Positions 13,784-26,717 of a DNA stretch of 64,000 bases are shown in pieces. The stretch lies in assembly GCA_013239625.1 (NCBI GenBank), contig MU054400.1, forward strand, positions 3,231,032 through 3,295,031, read 5' to 3'. Numbering within the stretch: the stretch's first letter is position 1; each line of letters starts with the position of its first letter. Source of the stretch: Lama guanicoe (Eukaryota). The position numbers were made by a program, and so were the translations under genes. The notes beneath the pieces are model-generated. The model was not told where the DNA came from. It ran no database searches and saw only the letters and a program-made list of their open reading frames with translations.

Positions 13784-16207
13784 GAACAAGAGAACTACCA
13801 AAACAGCCAGAAAATAATTAATAAGATAGCACTAGTAAATCCTTACCTATCAATAATTACTCTAAATGTAAATGGATTTAAATTCTCCAATCAAAAGGCA
13901 CAGAGTGGCTGAATGGATTAAAAAACAAAACCCAGAAACATGCCTCCTGCAAGAAAGTCACTTCAGCTCTAAGGACATACATAGGCTCAAAGTGAAGGGA
14001 TGAAAAAATATATCTCATACAAGTGGAAGCCAAAAGAGAGCAGGGTAGCTTATAAAAGACAAAATAGACTTTAAGTCAAAAACTGTAACAAGAGACAAAG
14101 AAGGTCATTCTATAGTGATAAAAGGTCATTCATTCATCAAGAAGATAAAATAATCATAAATATACATGCACCCAACACTGAAGCACCTAAATATACTAAG
14201 CAAATATACTAAGCAAAGCTAATACATCTGAAGGGAGAAATAGACAACAATACAATAATAATAGGAAACTAAAATACCTCACTTTCAACAATGGATTAAT
14301 CATCCAGACAGAAGATCAATAAAAAAACTTTGGATTTGAACTATATTTTAAACAAAATGGACCTAACAGACTTATATAGAACAGCATTCCAGCCAACAAC
14401 AGCAGAATATACATTCTTCTCAAGTGCAAATGGAACAATCTCCAGGGCAGAACATATGATAGGTTGCAAAACAAACTTAGGAAATGTAAGAAGATTGAAA
14501 TCAGACCAAATATCTTTTCTGACCATATTAGTGTGAAAATAGAAATCAATGACAGGAGGAAAATTGGAAAATGCACGAATATGGAGAAATTAAACAGCAC
14601 ACTCCTGAACAACCAACGGTCAAAGAAGAAATCAAAAGGGAAATAAAAAATATCTTGAAACAAATGAAAATTGAAACACAATACACTAAAATTTATGGGA
14701 CACAGCAAAAGCAGTTCTAACTGGGATGTTTATAATAATAAATGTCAACATCAAGAAGGAAGAGAGATCAGAAATAAACAACCTAACTTTACACCTCTAG
14801 GAACTAGAAAAAGAGCAACAAAGTCAGTCCAAAGTTAGCAAAGGGAGGTAATAACAAAGATCAGAGCAGACAACAGTGAATAGAGACGAGGAGGACAAGA
14901 AAAGATCAATGAGACTAAGAGCTGGTTTTTTTAGAAGATCAGCAAAATTGACAAACCCCTAGCTAGACTAACTAAGAAAAAAATTAGAAGACTCAAACAA
15001 ATAAAACCAGAAATGAAAGAAGACAATTTACAACCGATGCCATAGACATACAAAAAATCATGAGACTACTCTGTACAGGTATATGGACAATCTAGAGGAA
15101 ATGGGTATATTCCTAGAAACATACAACCTCCCAAGGCTGAAATATAAATAAACAGAAAATATGAACAGACCAATAGTAAGATTGATTCAGTAATCAAAAA
15201 CCTCCCAATAAAGAAAAGTCCAGGGCCACATGGCTTCCTGGTGAATTCTAACAATCCCTTAAAGAATATTAAACTTTAATATCAATCTTTCTCAAACTAT
15301 TGCAAAAATTGAGGAGAATGGAACACATCCAAACTAATTTTACGAGGCCAGAATTACCCTGAAATCAAAGCCAGGTGAGAGCACTGCAAGAAAAGAAAAT
15401 TATAGGCCAATATCCCTGATGAATGTATGCAAAAATCCTTTACAAAATATGAGCAAACTGAACTAAGTTAGACATTAAAAGGATCAAGCACCATAATCAA
15501 GAGGGATATATTCCTGGGTTGGAAGGATGGCACACTATACACAAATTAGAAAGTGTGATATGCCACATAAACTAAATGAGGGATAATATTTTCATCTCGA
15601 TAGATGCAGAAAAACACTTTGACAAAATTCAACATTCTTTCATGATAAAAACTCTTAACAAATTAGGTATAGATGAAAATTACCTCAGCATAGTAAAGAC
15701 CACATATGGCAAGGCCACAGCTAACATCATATTCAATGGTGAAAAGCTGAAAGCTTTTCCTCTAACATCAGGAACAAGACAAGGATGTCACTCCGCTGTC
15801 ACCAGTTTTATTCAATATGATACCAGTAATCCTAGCCAGGGCAATTAGACAAGAAAAGAAAATAGAAGGCATCCAAATTGGAAAGAAAAAATTAAATTGT
15901 CTTTGTTTGCAGATGATATGACAAATGACCAAGTTAAAAAAAAAGGGCAAAGGACCTGAAGAGCCATTTTTCCCAAGAAGGCATAAAAATGGCCGGCAAG
16001 TACATGAAAAGGTGTTCAACATCATTTATCCTCAAGGAAATGCAAATCAAAACCACAGAGAGGTACCACTTCGCACCTGTCAGGATGTCTACTGTCAGCA
16101 AGGTAAGAGTTACGAAATGCTGGCAAGCTTGTGGAGAAAAGGAAACCCTTGTACACTGCTGGTGGGAGTGTAAACTGGTACAGCTATCTTGGAAAACAGT
16201 ACTGGAG
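13784..16207 (+). mobile_element. L1 ORF2 remnant (endonuclease to RT FADD, internal deletion, then C-terminal part)
   Basis: Broken ORF2 peptides in ORF track ([60 protein letters not shown]...ETLVHCWWECKLVQ); tttgcagatgat (FADD) at 15906-15917; many stops and frameshifts. Confidence 0.95.
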
Positions 16208-16664
16208 CCAGGGCTTGGGTGCAGGGAGTTGATTTGAGGTGAACAAATGAATGAACGAATGAATGACGGCACAGTCGATGTGAGGTGTGAAAGGGAGACT
16301 GCTCAATAAAGGAGGTGTCCCTGCTGTGGGAAAACGAGCTCTGTCTTCCCGGGGACCCTCGGAGGAACCTAGTAAGACACTTAGAACTGTTCCACCAGAG
16401 GGTGGAGCAGCTGGGAAATTTATCCGGACTCCTATTCCCATTGCTTGAAGGTTTCCCGAGGGGCAGCAGCTCCAGCGAGACCAGACCTTGCCTGTGCAGT
16501 GGAGTGTGCTGCCTGGTACCAGGAGAAAGCCCTCGGTCTTCTAGAGAAGAAAGGCCAGGAGCTTGAGATGGGAAGCTGAGCACAGGAAGCTCACCTGCAG
16601 GTAAACTTAGGCGGCCCAGGGCAATCTGGGTCTGGGCATCGATTCTAACACACACCATCACCCT

Positions 16665-16770
16665 TCTTTGACCGGAGGAGGAAACAGAAGCACAGAGAAG
16701 TGAAATAAGTTGCTTGAGGTCCCATTGCTAGAAAGTGGCAGAGCAGTCTAGGATTTCAGAGCTTTTGGCA
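16665..16770 (+). mobile_element. MIR SINE fragment
   Basis: gaggaaacagaagcacagagaagtgaaataagttgcttgaggtc...gctagaaagtggcagagc core. Confidence 0.6.
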
Positions 16771-18944
16771 GCTAAAATTCCTACTCAGCATCCTATCTGC
16801 AAAATCTTAACTATGATGCCATTTTACCGCTCAGGTAAGGATGATCAGAGATGCTAAGAAACAGGCCCGAGGTTACACAGTTATTAATGCAATTCATAAG
16901 TGACACACTTATGTTTGAAACCACAGTAACTGACCTAAAAGTCTGCACTCTTTGCAATGCAGCACACTCTCTCTCAAGCTCCGAAGATTATCTGTCACAT
17001 CTGGAACTCTCCTTACCCAGAGCCGTTTTCTCTGAGAGCCCATAGGGTCTAGCGAAACTCCCTTCCCTAATGGACCATAGTCCATGCTCAGTTTTACAGA
17101 CTAGGCACTCTCGCTGTGCTTTTTTATGACCTGAGAGCCCTAATATCTGAAACACAGCACCATCTACTTACAGTAAACACATGACCCCTCTTTATTATTG
17201 ACAATCTCTGCTATTGGCTTTCTCTTTGAGTGGTCACCTTAATAAACAAGCAATTACTGGGAAATGAATGGATAAACAATGCATTTCTTTGGGGAGCTAA
17301 TAAATGTTTGGATCCACTTTCTCAACTTTTTCTTCTGCTTTATTTTCCCTGTTGGCCTGGGTCCACATACAACCATACAAGGAAAAGGACGAATCAATTG
17401 GTCAATCAGAGAATCAGAGGCTCTGATTAAACATTCTGCATTAAGCTGGAACTAACTGCCTCGTTCCAGACGCTTTTAAAAACATATCTCAACAATCAAT
17501 AGGTCAGTGACTATATTTCAGCTGGAAGAGCAGCTTGGGTTGGGTCGGAGGACCCGAGATGCTCTGCAATCCGTGTCCCAGTTGTGAACGCTCCAGCTTT
17601 CTCCTGCCTTGTCCTGGGGAGGTTTCATTTCCTTCCTAAATGCTTTCTGAGGTGACCACCCCTCCAAACAATGTCTGAACACCTGGGCCAGAGAAGCACA
17701 AGGAGACTTGCAGGCTTGTGGAGTTAATAAGAAAGAGACGGGAGAGCAAAGAGACATCCAGGGCTTTTTGCACTTGAGCAAAGGCTGAAGACAAAAATAA
17801 TGTGAGCCAAGACGGGGGAGTTTTCTGTACCCAAGAGAAAGCCACCATCAATAAAGGCTGATGCTTTCGTGAAGCATGATAAAACGCTTTCCAGAATGCC
17901 TTGGAAGGGCCTCCAGAGCACACACAGAATGACCCCAAGCCTCCGTTGGCCCCATTTCTCTTCCCACATCTTCTCACGCTGAAGTCATCCTGCTCTAATG
18001 CATCCCCCTTGTTTTCTAAAGAAGCTGATGTGGTTTCACCCTGCCTGGAACTCCATAGGGTGAAACTACCAAAGACAGGGAGTCTACATAGACAGAAAGG
18101 CTCTGTTTTTCTCCCTCCCAGTGTCCTACATAAACCCGCAGAAACTCACGGGTTTAGCCTACCCATTACTAAGACCTCTGATATCTCCCCGGAAAGTGTT
18201 GCTGGTACCCTGCTTGCCTGTTTTCCTCCATAGTCATGATGGAAAGGAAAACAAGGAGCTTATATTTGAAACTCAGAGAAAAGGAAGGCACCTTCTTGTC
18301 CTGCTACAGTGCCTTGGAAGGAAGAAGAGATGCGATTTCCCTCCAAGGAGTCACATCCGTGGTCCCTGGAGGCTGAGCGCACCGGCCAAATGCTTCAGTG
18401 ACTAAATGCTCTCATCTTTTAACATCCAAATGCTTATTTTCATGCAGATGTTCTGCAAAATAAAGTGAATAAGAAATTGAAATAAAAGTATTACCTGTAG
18501 GCAGATTTATCACATAAACAGAAGCTTTTCAATACTTCCCATGAAAGCCTTTTTTCCCTAAAGTAAAGCAGGGAGCGTGGGAGCTGAATGGCACCCCTTG
18601 GTCTGAAGCCCCTCTGCACTGCGGTTTATTCGGGGAGGTCCAGCGAGCCACCTTTTGCTCCAAAGGGAGAAAATCTCTTGGCCCCTCAGAGAAACAACTT
18701 ATTTCCTTTGGTTTCAAAAAGTCTCCCCTTCCCAGGGTCCTCTTTATACACAATAATCTGCCCAGCACAACAGCTGGGTTGGTAGCTTTTACAGTTTTCG
18801 CACAAGGCCCTTTCCGTCCGGAGACTCCACACGAGAAAACTCAGTAACGCCATGGGAGGAGGTCTCAAAGTAGACATGAGAAACCTGGTACTGCCATTTA
18901 TTGCCACAAACCACTAGAGGGGCTCTGTACACCTTCCCTAATTA

Positions 18945-19090
18945 GTTACCCCAACAATCCCCCATTATCAACTCAACTTGATAGATGAGATACCTCAGGT
19001 GTAGAGAGATTAAACCAAGTCCTCGCAGTCACACAGGTAGAAAGTAAGGAAGTAAAATGTCTAGCCCAAGTGGGCGTGACTCCAGACTCC
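18945..19090 (+). mobile_element. MIR SINE fragment
   Basis: atagatgagatacctcagg...gagattaaaccaagtcctcgcagtcacacaggtagaaagt...gactccagactcc. Confidence 0.5.
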
Positions 19091-20021
19091 ACGCCTGTAC
19101 CACGCAGCTGTACTGCTTCCAGCACTAGGGTCCCCAGGGGAGAGCCCGCGTGCAGATGCAGCATAAGGACACCACTGCCACCACGTCCCCAAGACCACGC
19201 CCGTGAGACGGTCCCCGCCTGTCAGCACCTGACAGCAAGTGGAAGGTCCATCTCTTGAAACTAATCACTCAAAGATGTGCTTAAATCCACCACATGTGTT
19301 TTCCTCAGAAGTCTCATCATCTGGAGATGGGCCTGGAAGCACACACTTCGCACACGTTTCCTTTCTAACTGCTTGCTCTGGAGCTGACTCTTAGCACTTG
19401 CTGGCAGGCTGAAGACTCTGGCTCCTCCCTTCAGGATGGTAAGCGTTAAAGCTCATGCCTTCTCAGCTTTCTTCAAAACACAAGGACATGTTCATTTCAT
19501 AAACATCCTCCTAATGAAAATTCTGGTTGTTTCGTGCAACACACCGATGCCTCCACTGGAAAATGTCCTCGCATCAGTAAGTGTCCAAGAGCTATGAGAC
19601 CAGGCACCCCCTTCCCCGGGCTTGCCAAAACCAAGGAGGGTCCGAATAAGTCAGTCATCAGTTAATTCAGGAGTATCTTTTGTTTCAAGCCCATAGATTT
19701 GAAAACTAAAAGGTGGAACAAAACAGCAAGTATTTAAAGCCATCCTGAGAATACAGGAGTCTAAAATTTTGCAATCTGGTTGCAAAAATAAGGGGAACAA
19801 AGTTAAAATACGATCAAACAATGAGAAATGGTATCCAATTAAGTGTAGAATGGTGCTACGCTGGTTGTACATGCATTGAGTGAGGCTGGTGAAGACAGAA
19901 AAATGCGAGGAACTCAAAAGACAAAAGTCCGATTTATCTGGCACAGTGGCAAGACAGTATCATGAAATTAACTCCTACACACAAATATTACAACCCTAGA
20001 AAGGCAGTATTATTATCTTCA

Positions 20022-20318
20022 TTTTTTTAATTGACATATAGTCAATTTACGATGTGTTAATTTCTGGTATATAACATAATGATTCAGTTTTATATATATA
20101 TTCCTTTTCATATTCTTTTTCATTATAGACCATTACAAAGTATTGAATATAGTTCCTTGTGCTATACAGTAGGGCCTTGTTGTTTATCTGTTTTATACAT
20201 AGTAGTTAGCATCTGCTAATTCTGAACTCCCAACTCCTCCTTCTCCCCCTTAGCAAACATAAGTTTGTCTTCTATGTCTGTGAGTCTGTTTCTGTTTTGT
20301 AAATAAGTTCATTTGTAT
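20022..20318 (-). mobile_element. L1 3'UTR fragment
   Basis: tttttttaattgacatatagtcaatttac...attgaatatagttccttgtgctatacagtagg...gtgagtctgtttctgttttgtaaataagttcatttgtat. Confidence 0.9.
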
Positions 20319-20397
20319 AGCTCAGTGGTAGAGCGCATGCTTAGGATGCACGAGGTCCTGCTCCCACCCCCAGTACCTCCTTTAAGAAAAAAAAAAA
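20315..20397 (+). mobile_element. Vic-1-like tRNA-Ala SINE (truncated)
   Basis: gtatagctcagtggtagagcgcatgcttaggatgcacgaggtcctg...cccagtacctcc followed by an A-run. Confidence 0.85.
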
Positions 20398-21809
20398 TCT
20401 TCCTCATTCTTGATAGAATATACCCAAAATATCAAGTATGCAAATGCCACTCACATCCCTCTAGAGACTGTGTTAAATCCACCCTTGATTTACTTAATTT
20501 ACTTTAGAATTGAAAATAAAGAGGCAGTAGTAGGAATTCCAACTCAGTTATTTTTGACGATAAACGAAGTGGTGAGAATCATGATTGTAAAAAGTTTGTA
20601 CAAAAATCACCTAGAAAACTCTGAACAATTAGGTGGATAATATCTCACTGTATAAACACTAACTTTTATTTCCAGACCTGGCATCAACCCTCTTTGAAAG
20701 GAATCTGATCTGAATGCAGTGTACAGCTGACCTGGACTTATTCACTAAGAAGGAAAATTATGGAGAGAAAAATTAAATATTTCACTTAAACTTCATCCAA
20801 AGTAGGGACCAGAATGCTTCAGAGGCCTGGGATATTATTTTTCAATTAAGCTTGATAAGAAATGTAAAGACCTAGGGCAATTTCTAAAGGGAAATGTGAT
20901 CTCTCCACTGAAAGGCTCTGGTAAAGCCATCAGTTTTACAGAGGGAGAAATAAGAAGAGAAATGAAAATGGAAATCTGAAGTTACTTTTGGATCACTCAA
21001 CTGATGACAAATCCTAGACGTTGCAGGATTCATTTTTCCCTTTTGGATGACGACCGGAGTTCTAGGTTGGGGAACAAAGATGAAAAGCTTTTTTGTTGCG
21101 CCAAGACGACTGCAAGACAAAAGTCTAGCATTTGTTACTCTCCTGCCCCCACTTCAAAAATCCTTTTTTAAACCAAAATTCTTTATTCTATGTTTTCTGC
21201 CCTTTTCCTCAACATAAGTTTATGTGTTCAGCTGACATAGACTGAGCAGCTACTAAGCATTAGGCATTGTGCTGGGGCAGGGAGTGCTCAGTGGGCAAGG
21301 CGATGGTGGCCAGGGTCCCTGGTGTGGTCTGGTTCAGTGACCCACTGGGCACTCAGGTCCTGGAGGCAACCCAAGCGAGACTAACTGTGCCGGTTCTCAC
21401 TTTAACCCACGCGTGGGGAGAGCAGCTGAGGTTCCAGCTAGAGTCTCAGTGGCGTCGATTGCACACTTCAGATGTGTCTGCCAGGCTGGATGAGGCTCCA
21501 GGGTGGGCCGCCCAGAAGCCCATACACAGAAAGGCTGAGGAGCTGCAAGGGAAGAACTCACTCTAAAGGGAAAGAGAGTCCAAGCACATTCGTGCAGCAG
21601 GAATGACTTCTCCTTCACGAGTTCATGTCCGCAGGAAAAGTCACATCCTTCTAACCAAAGTAAAATCTTATCAGTCTGACTCAGACATCCATCCTACAGG
21701 GCTGCTGGGAAACACCAGTGGATTATAGCGAGGTTCCTGCTTCCCACCCCCAGGGCCATGGGGAAGCCCGAGGGTTGGTGAAGAGAAAGGAAATTGAGGG
21801 AGGCCACCC

Positions 21810-22345
21810 CAGTTATTACAGCCACATAATATATTATCCCCACACCTAGTGGCTTAACACAACCTTTTTCTCTCTCCCTCATGATTTCATGGTGCATGTA
21901 TTCGGGAAGGGCTGAGATGGGCCATTCCTGCTTCTCTCATGCACCTGCAGTCAAATGTTGACTCAGGCTTCGGGCACCTGAAGACGCCCCCGGGCTGGAC
22001 ATCCACGAGGCCGCAGCACACGGCTGGCAGTTGTGGCTGGGAGCTCAGCTGGGGCTGTCGACTGGAACATCGGCATGTGTCTTCCCCAGGATGGAAACTG
22101 CAAGGTAGGTGGGCTTTGTCCACGTGCTCCCCACTGAACGAGGCAACCAGGGGGGAGCTGCACAGTTGTCCCTTCTGACCTAACCCTGGACGTCAGGCAG
22201 CATCACTCCTGCTACACTTGGTGGTTTCAGTGAAGTCCCATGGCCAGCCAAGGTTCACAAGGAGAGGAAACAGATCCTACCTTTTGATAGGACACAGGCG
22301 AGGCCACGTTGTAGAATAGTGTGCAAGATGGAAGATGTCATTGTG
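21810..22345 (-). mobile_element. MaLR MLT1F/H-like LTR
   Basis: cacacctagtggcttaacacaacc...ctggcagttgtggctgggagctcagctggggctgtc...caaggttcacaaggagaggaaacagatcctaccttttgat. Confidence 0.7.
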
Positions 22346-23114
22346 ACCAAGTCTGGATGTGTCCTGAGGGTCACATGGCCAGAGCTGTGAAGCCGGGTGG
22401 CTCTACACTTGGATGGAAATCACTGCCAGGGCAGGAATCTTGGTGTGTAGACTCTAAAAATCCATAGGGACCTCTGGTACATCTCCCTTCTGAGCTTCTC
22501 CAACCTCTCTGGGGGCGCTACCAGGGAAGAGTGCCCCTGGAAACCACAGATCTCTATTGTCCGTCCCACTTAGGAAATATTTCTCCCTTCTCTCAAGAGG
22601 ACCCAGCAGAATCGCTACTATGAGCTGAGATTTTTGAGAACAAAAGTCAGGAAGAAGGTTGTTTTCATGGAACTTCTCTTCCTACTCTGCAGCCCCCTGA
22701 GACTTGGGAACACCAAGGTCTGGTTTCTTGAGATGGATAAAGAGGGGTGAGGAGAGTAACAGGAAGAGTGTGGTCCAGTACACGCTCTTCAGAGGGGAAG
22801 CGGATCAGAAGACAAGACGGCGTCTGCCACTGAAAGCGGTCCTTTGATGCAGCTCCAATTGGTTCAAGTTGTATTTCAGATCAAGGAAAGATGATGAGGT
22901 TGCTGGACTCTGTGCAATATTCCCTGAACTTTTCTAAAAAATGTAAAGTACCACAACATACTTTATCCCCCAGATGATAAGGTATAAAAAAGAAGGGGGA
23001 GCCGCCTCTCCACTCCTGCCCAGAGCACTGTGGCTGCCGCATGTGTGTTCCAGAGACCTCAGCCTGACTTGGACATCTCAAGGGCTCCCGGAAGGAGAGA
23101 GCAGCAGTTGCCCA

Positions 23115-23246
23115 GCTCAGTGGGGAGATGCTACTGGTGTGCAGGGAGTAGAGGCCAGGGATGCTGCTCAATGTCCTACAGTGCTCAGACCCGCCCACAA
23201 CAAAGACATGTTGGACCCAAAATGTAAATAGCAGCAAGGTTGGGAA
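23115..23246 (+). mobile_element. MER20 hAT-Charlie fragment
   Basis: tgctactggtgtgcagggagtagaggccagggatgctgctcaatgtcctacagtgc...cccacaacaaaga...cccaaaatgtaaatagcagcaaggttgggaa. Confidence 0.8.
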
Positions 23247-23626
23247 TAAATCAATCCGGAAACATTTTTTAGAGACATCTCCAAAGTGACGGGGTAAAGT
23301 GTCTGCTAGGGAAATCTCTTCATAAGTTTTCTAAGAGGGGACATGAGTGACCCTGAGGCATCCTTCCCAGCCTTCTTGAGACTCCACCGTGTGTCATGAC
23401 TCTTGAAATTTAAAAAAATTCTTTCCTAATTCAATCCCAGCCAAATGATCATCTCTCCTGTCTGTCCCTTCCTTATTTGTTATGACTGCAGTTTCCTCAC
23501 TGCCCTCCTTCCTGAAATCCCATTGTCAGGTGGTAGCTGTTGTTTGTCTAAGCTGTTTGCTACCTAGTGTACCCATGATGCCAAACTCTGCCAGGTATTA
23601 CTAAAAAGATGAGAGCTGAAATACTT

Positions 23627-23734
23627 TTTTGGGAGGTGGTTAATTAGGTTTATTTATTTATTAACTTAATGGGGGCACTGGGGATTGAACCTAGGACCTC
23701 ATGCATGCTAGGCACACACTCTACCACTGAGCTA
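23627..23734 (-). mobile_element. Vic-1-like SINE with 11-bp TSD
   Basis: SINE body; TSD ctgaaatactt at 23616-23626 and 23735-23745. Confidence 0.9.
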
Positions 23735-24062
23735 CTGAAATACTTAGGTAGTGGTTACCATCTAACTTCCCTTCCTTCTACCGTTCTTCCTGCCGGGACC
23801 AGGGAGCCCGTTCATGTCCCACTGGCTCCTCCAAGGGTCTTGCACCCACCTCCTCCTTCAGCTCAGCCTGTTTTATGTGATACCCTTATGATGCAGTCTT
23901 GTTTTACTTTAGTACCAAACAGCTTTAACACAAGGCAGACTGGTCCAAGTGTTACGACACAGTAACACTCAAAGGACGATGTGAGAATTGGTGGGAAGAG
24001 ATGAATGCCAACTCGGGTGCCCTTAGCCTGCTGGGGAATAAGAAATAAAAAACTGACTCAGA

Positions 24063-24224
24063 GGGGGAGGGTATAGCTCATGCGGTAGAGTGTATGCTTT
24101 GCATGCGTGAGGTCCAAGGTTCAATCCCCGGTACCTACATTAAAAGAACAAAAAGAAAGAAAGATATTAAAATAAATAAGTAAATAACTTATTTACTAAC
24201 TACCTCCCTCCTCACGGGGGGAGA
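24063..24224 (+). mobile_element. Vic-1-like SINE with 16-bp TSD
   Basis: gggggagggtatagctcatgcggtagag...ggttcaatccccggtacc; TSD aaaaaactgactcaga at 24047-24062 and 24225-24240. Confidence 0.92.
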
Positions 24225-26560
24225 AAAAAACTGACTCAGAAAGCTCCAACAGCTACTTCATACTATCACGATTTGTTATAGTGAATTATCTTTCTTAGAA
24301 TATCAAATAGTCCCCTGATGTACTGAAAGATCTGAAACACTTCCAAAGCATTAACAGTTTTCTGTACTCAGTCACTGGGAGGTCTGGACTTCAGACCTTA
24401 TCATGGCCAGCAGCCAGAGTGTGCCAACTTAGAATGACTCAGATTTGCAAACTCTGTAGTAACCCAAACAGGTTAGCGCCAGAGGTCAAGATGTAGGTTC
24501 TGTCAACAGCATAAATTTGGATCTCTTGTGTGCACTTAGCAAAAGGAATGCACATACATGGGGAATTTTCCCAGATGGGCCTTCTTGTTACATATTTTTT
24601 GGCTTCCTTTGTTTTTCTAGATCCATTTTCAATTCCATCAAGGCAATGCCATTTTCTTCTCTTAGAGAGATAACTATCAAGAACTGTACATGGCACCCAC
24701 TTGTAAAGAAGTGATGGAGAAAAGACCTTGCCTGTATAATGTCAGGGTAGTGGGATAATCTTTCTAAACATTAATCTGTGTTTCTACTCCATTATAAAAT
24801 TCTTTCAATTATATCCTGAGGAATTCTTTCCTCCTTGTAACTGAACAGATGTGATTCATCCAGTAGGAAAGCACAAACGATGGTCAGGAATAACATGAGA
24901 GACAGGAAGAGTCCAGAATTCGTTTTCTTTTACTCACAGAGACTATAAAAACATCAAAGACGAAAAAGGAGACAAGGGGCGTGTGCAGGGCATCAGGGAA
25001 ACAGAGAGCAATGGAGAAACTTGAATGCTTAAGGGAAATAATCTTCCGGAGCGTAGCCAGGGGCCAAGCGGAAGCACGCGCTCAGCGCGGAATTAACCTT
25101 CTCAGAGCTGTGCACGCGGGGCCACCAGTCTGTCCCCACTGAGGGGCCACGTGGAAATGAAGGTAGCCTGGGCCTGAAGGAGCCCTACCCAGGGAGCTCC
25201 CTCTCTCGTGTACTAGTTTTCGTATGTACGGAGTTTCCTTTAGGTCTATTTTCTCAACTCAGGGTCAAAAAATCTCACTAGTTTGAAAGCCCATAAACAT
25301 GTCTTTGTACAGAACACTTTGCAGTCAGGCAATGATACAGAAACAAATAGCACCATGGCACAGACGTTGTCCGTGGTTCCCCTGCCCCGTAAGATTTTCC
25401 GAAGTGTTACCCAAACGTTATTCACACCCTTATCCAAACTCTACCATTCATTCATTCATTCTAGGCTCTTAGACCAGTTGCTTGACTTCGACGAGCCTTA
25501 GTGTCCTTAGTGTTAGACGATTTTAAAAGGCTTCTTCCAAACTCCGATATTAGTTCCATCTTTGTCCTTGGCTATGGGAAGGGAGACTGAATGATTTCTA
25601 AAGACCCTTTCAGATTAAAAGCGCTGAGGGCTGAGAAGAGGGTCAGCTCGAATAGAGTTTGTGTTTGCATCTCTCTCAAGCGCAGTTCTGCTTGTCTGCG
25701 GTTCTGTGACCTTCTGTTTTCTAGACCCCCGCAATCCCAAGCAGTCCCTATTTGCAGACCTGTTGAAATCCTCTCCTGCCTCCCTCCTGGATCTCAAGGA
25801 AAAGAGAGACACAGCACTTGCCCTGTGGGATCAGCAGATGGCTGACAGGACAGAAACGGTTGGCTTGTAACGCAGAAACAGGCAGTGGACGTAAAGAAAC
25901 CGCCTAAAGTTGGATGTTTTCGAATTTTTTAAAGAAAAACCAAGAACCACATCTAAGGTTGCATTTGATGCTGCTGTTCCTTTATTGATATCATATTGGG
26001 GAGTTTGAAAACCCTCAGTATTTACAAAGTCAGTAAACACTAAAATTCACGATTCTAAATAATTTGAAGGAAAGAAAGCGAAGTTTTCCTTTACGTTGAA
26101 TTACACATTTTCAAAGGTTAGCTCTTCTGAATTCAAAAATTACTCCACAGGCAAGATTTTTGGAGGGTTATGTTTTATTTTAGGGTAGGCTCAAATATTT
26201 TAAAACAATCACAAGACTACTGTATTGTTTGAAAGTAAAGTATGTTTCTGTTTAAAATCTTGTAAGCCTGTTTTTTCAACCAGGTTTTCTCAGAAGACAA
26301 ATGTTCTGTTTCTATAGTAAATCTCATCCTTAAGAAGTTTTTTCATTTTCACGTTTGCTCTGAGCACCCAGCTATGCAGCTAGAAAAGCAACCACATAGG
26401 ATGGAAAAGACCTACTTGGTTAGCTAGGGCCTCCTCTTCTCTCACCAAGCATCGCTCAGGATTCTTCCCTAAGGTGACTTCTCCAGTGATTTGTACGGTT
26501 TTGCAATAACTCAAGAAATGGCGCATCCTTGGCTTCTTTGAAAAGAATATGCCACAACTT

Positions 26561-26717
26561 TTTTAAAAATATTTTTTATTTATTTTGTGCTTTTTGTTTT
26601 TGCTTTGGGGGGAGGTAACTGGGTTTCTTTATTTACTTATTTATTTAAATGGAGGTACTGGGGATGGAACCCAGGACCCTGTGCATGCTAAGCACACTGA
26701 GCTGTACCCTCCCTCTG
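26561..26717 (-). mobile_element. Vic-1-like SINE
   Basis: ggaggtactggggatggaacccaggaccctgtgcatgctaagcac...gagctgtaccctccc; imperfect TSD gccacaactttt / gccacaattttc. Confidence 0.88.

Noticed and set aside
18911..18925. CTCF-like CCACTAGAGGGGCTC (similar near-matches at ~1595 and ~52394)
   Set aside because: Mismatch or spacing error in the invariant GGC core.
24063..24140. tRNA-Ala-like sequences (also at 11900, 20315, 23680, 26650, 28224)
   Set aside because: They have SINE tails, TSDs and stem-breaking mutations; these are Vic-1-like SINEs, not tRNA genes.
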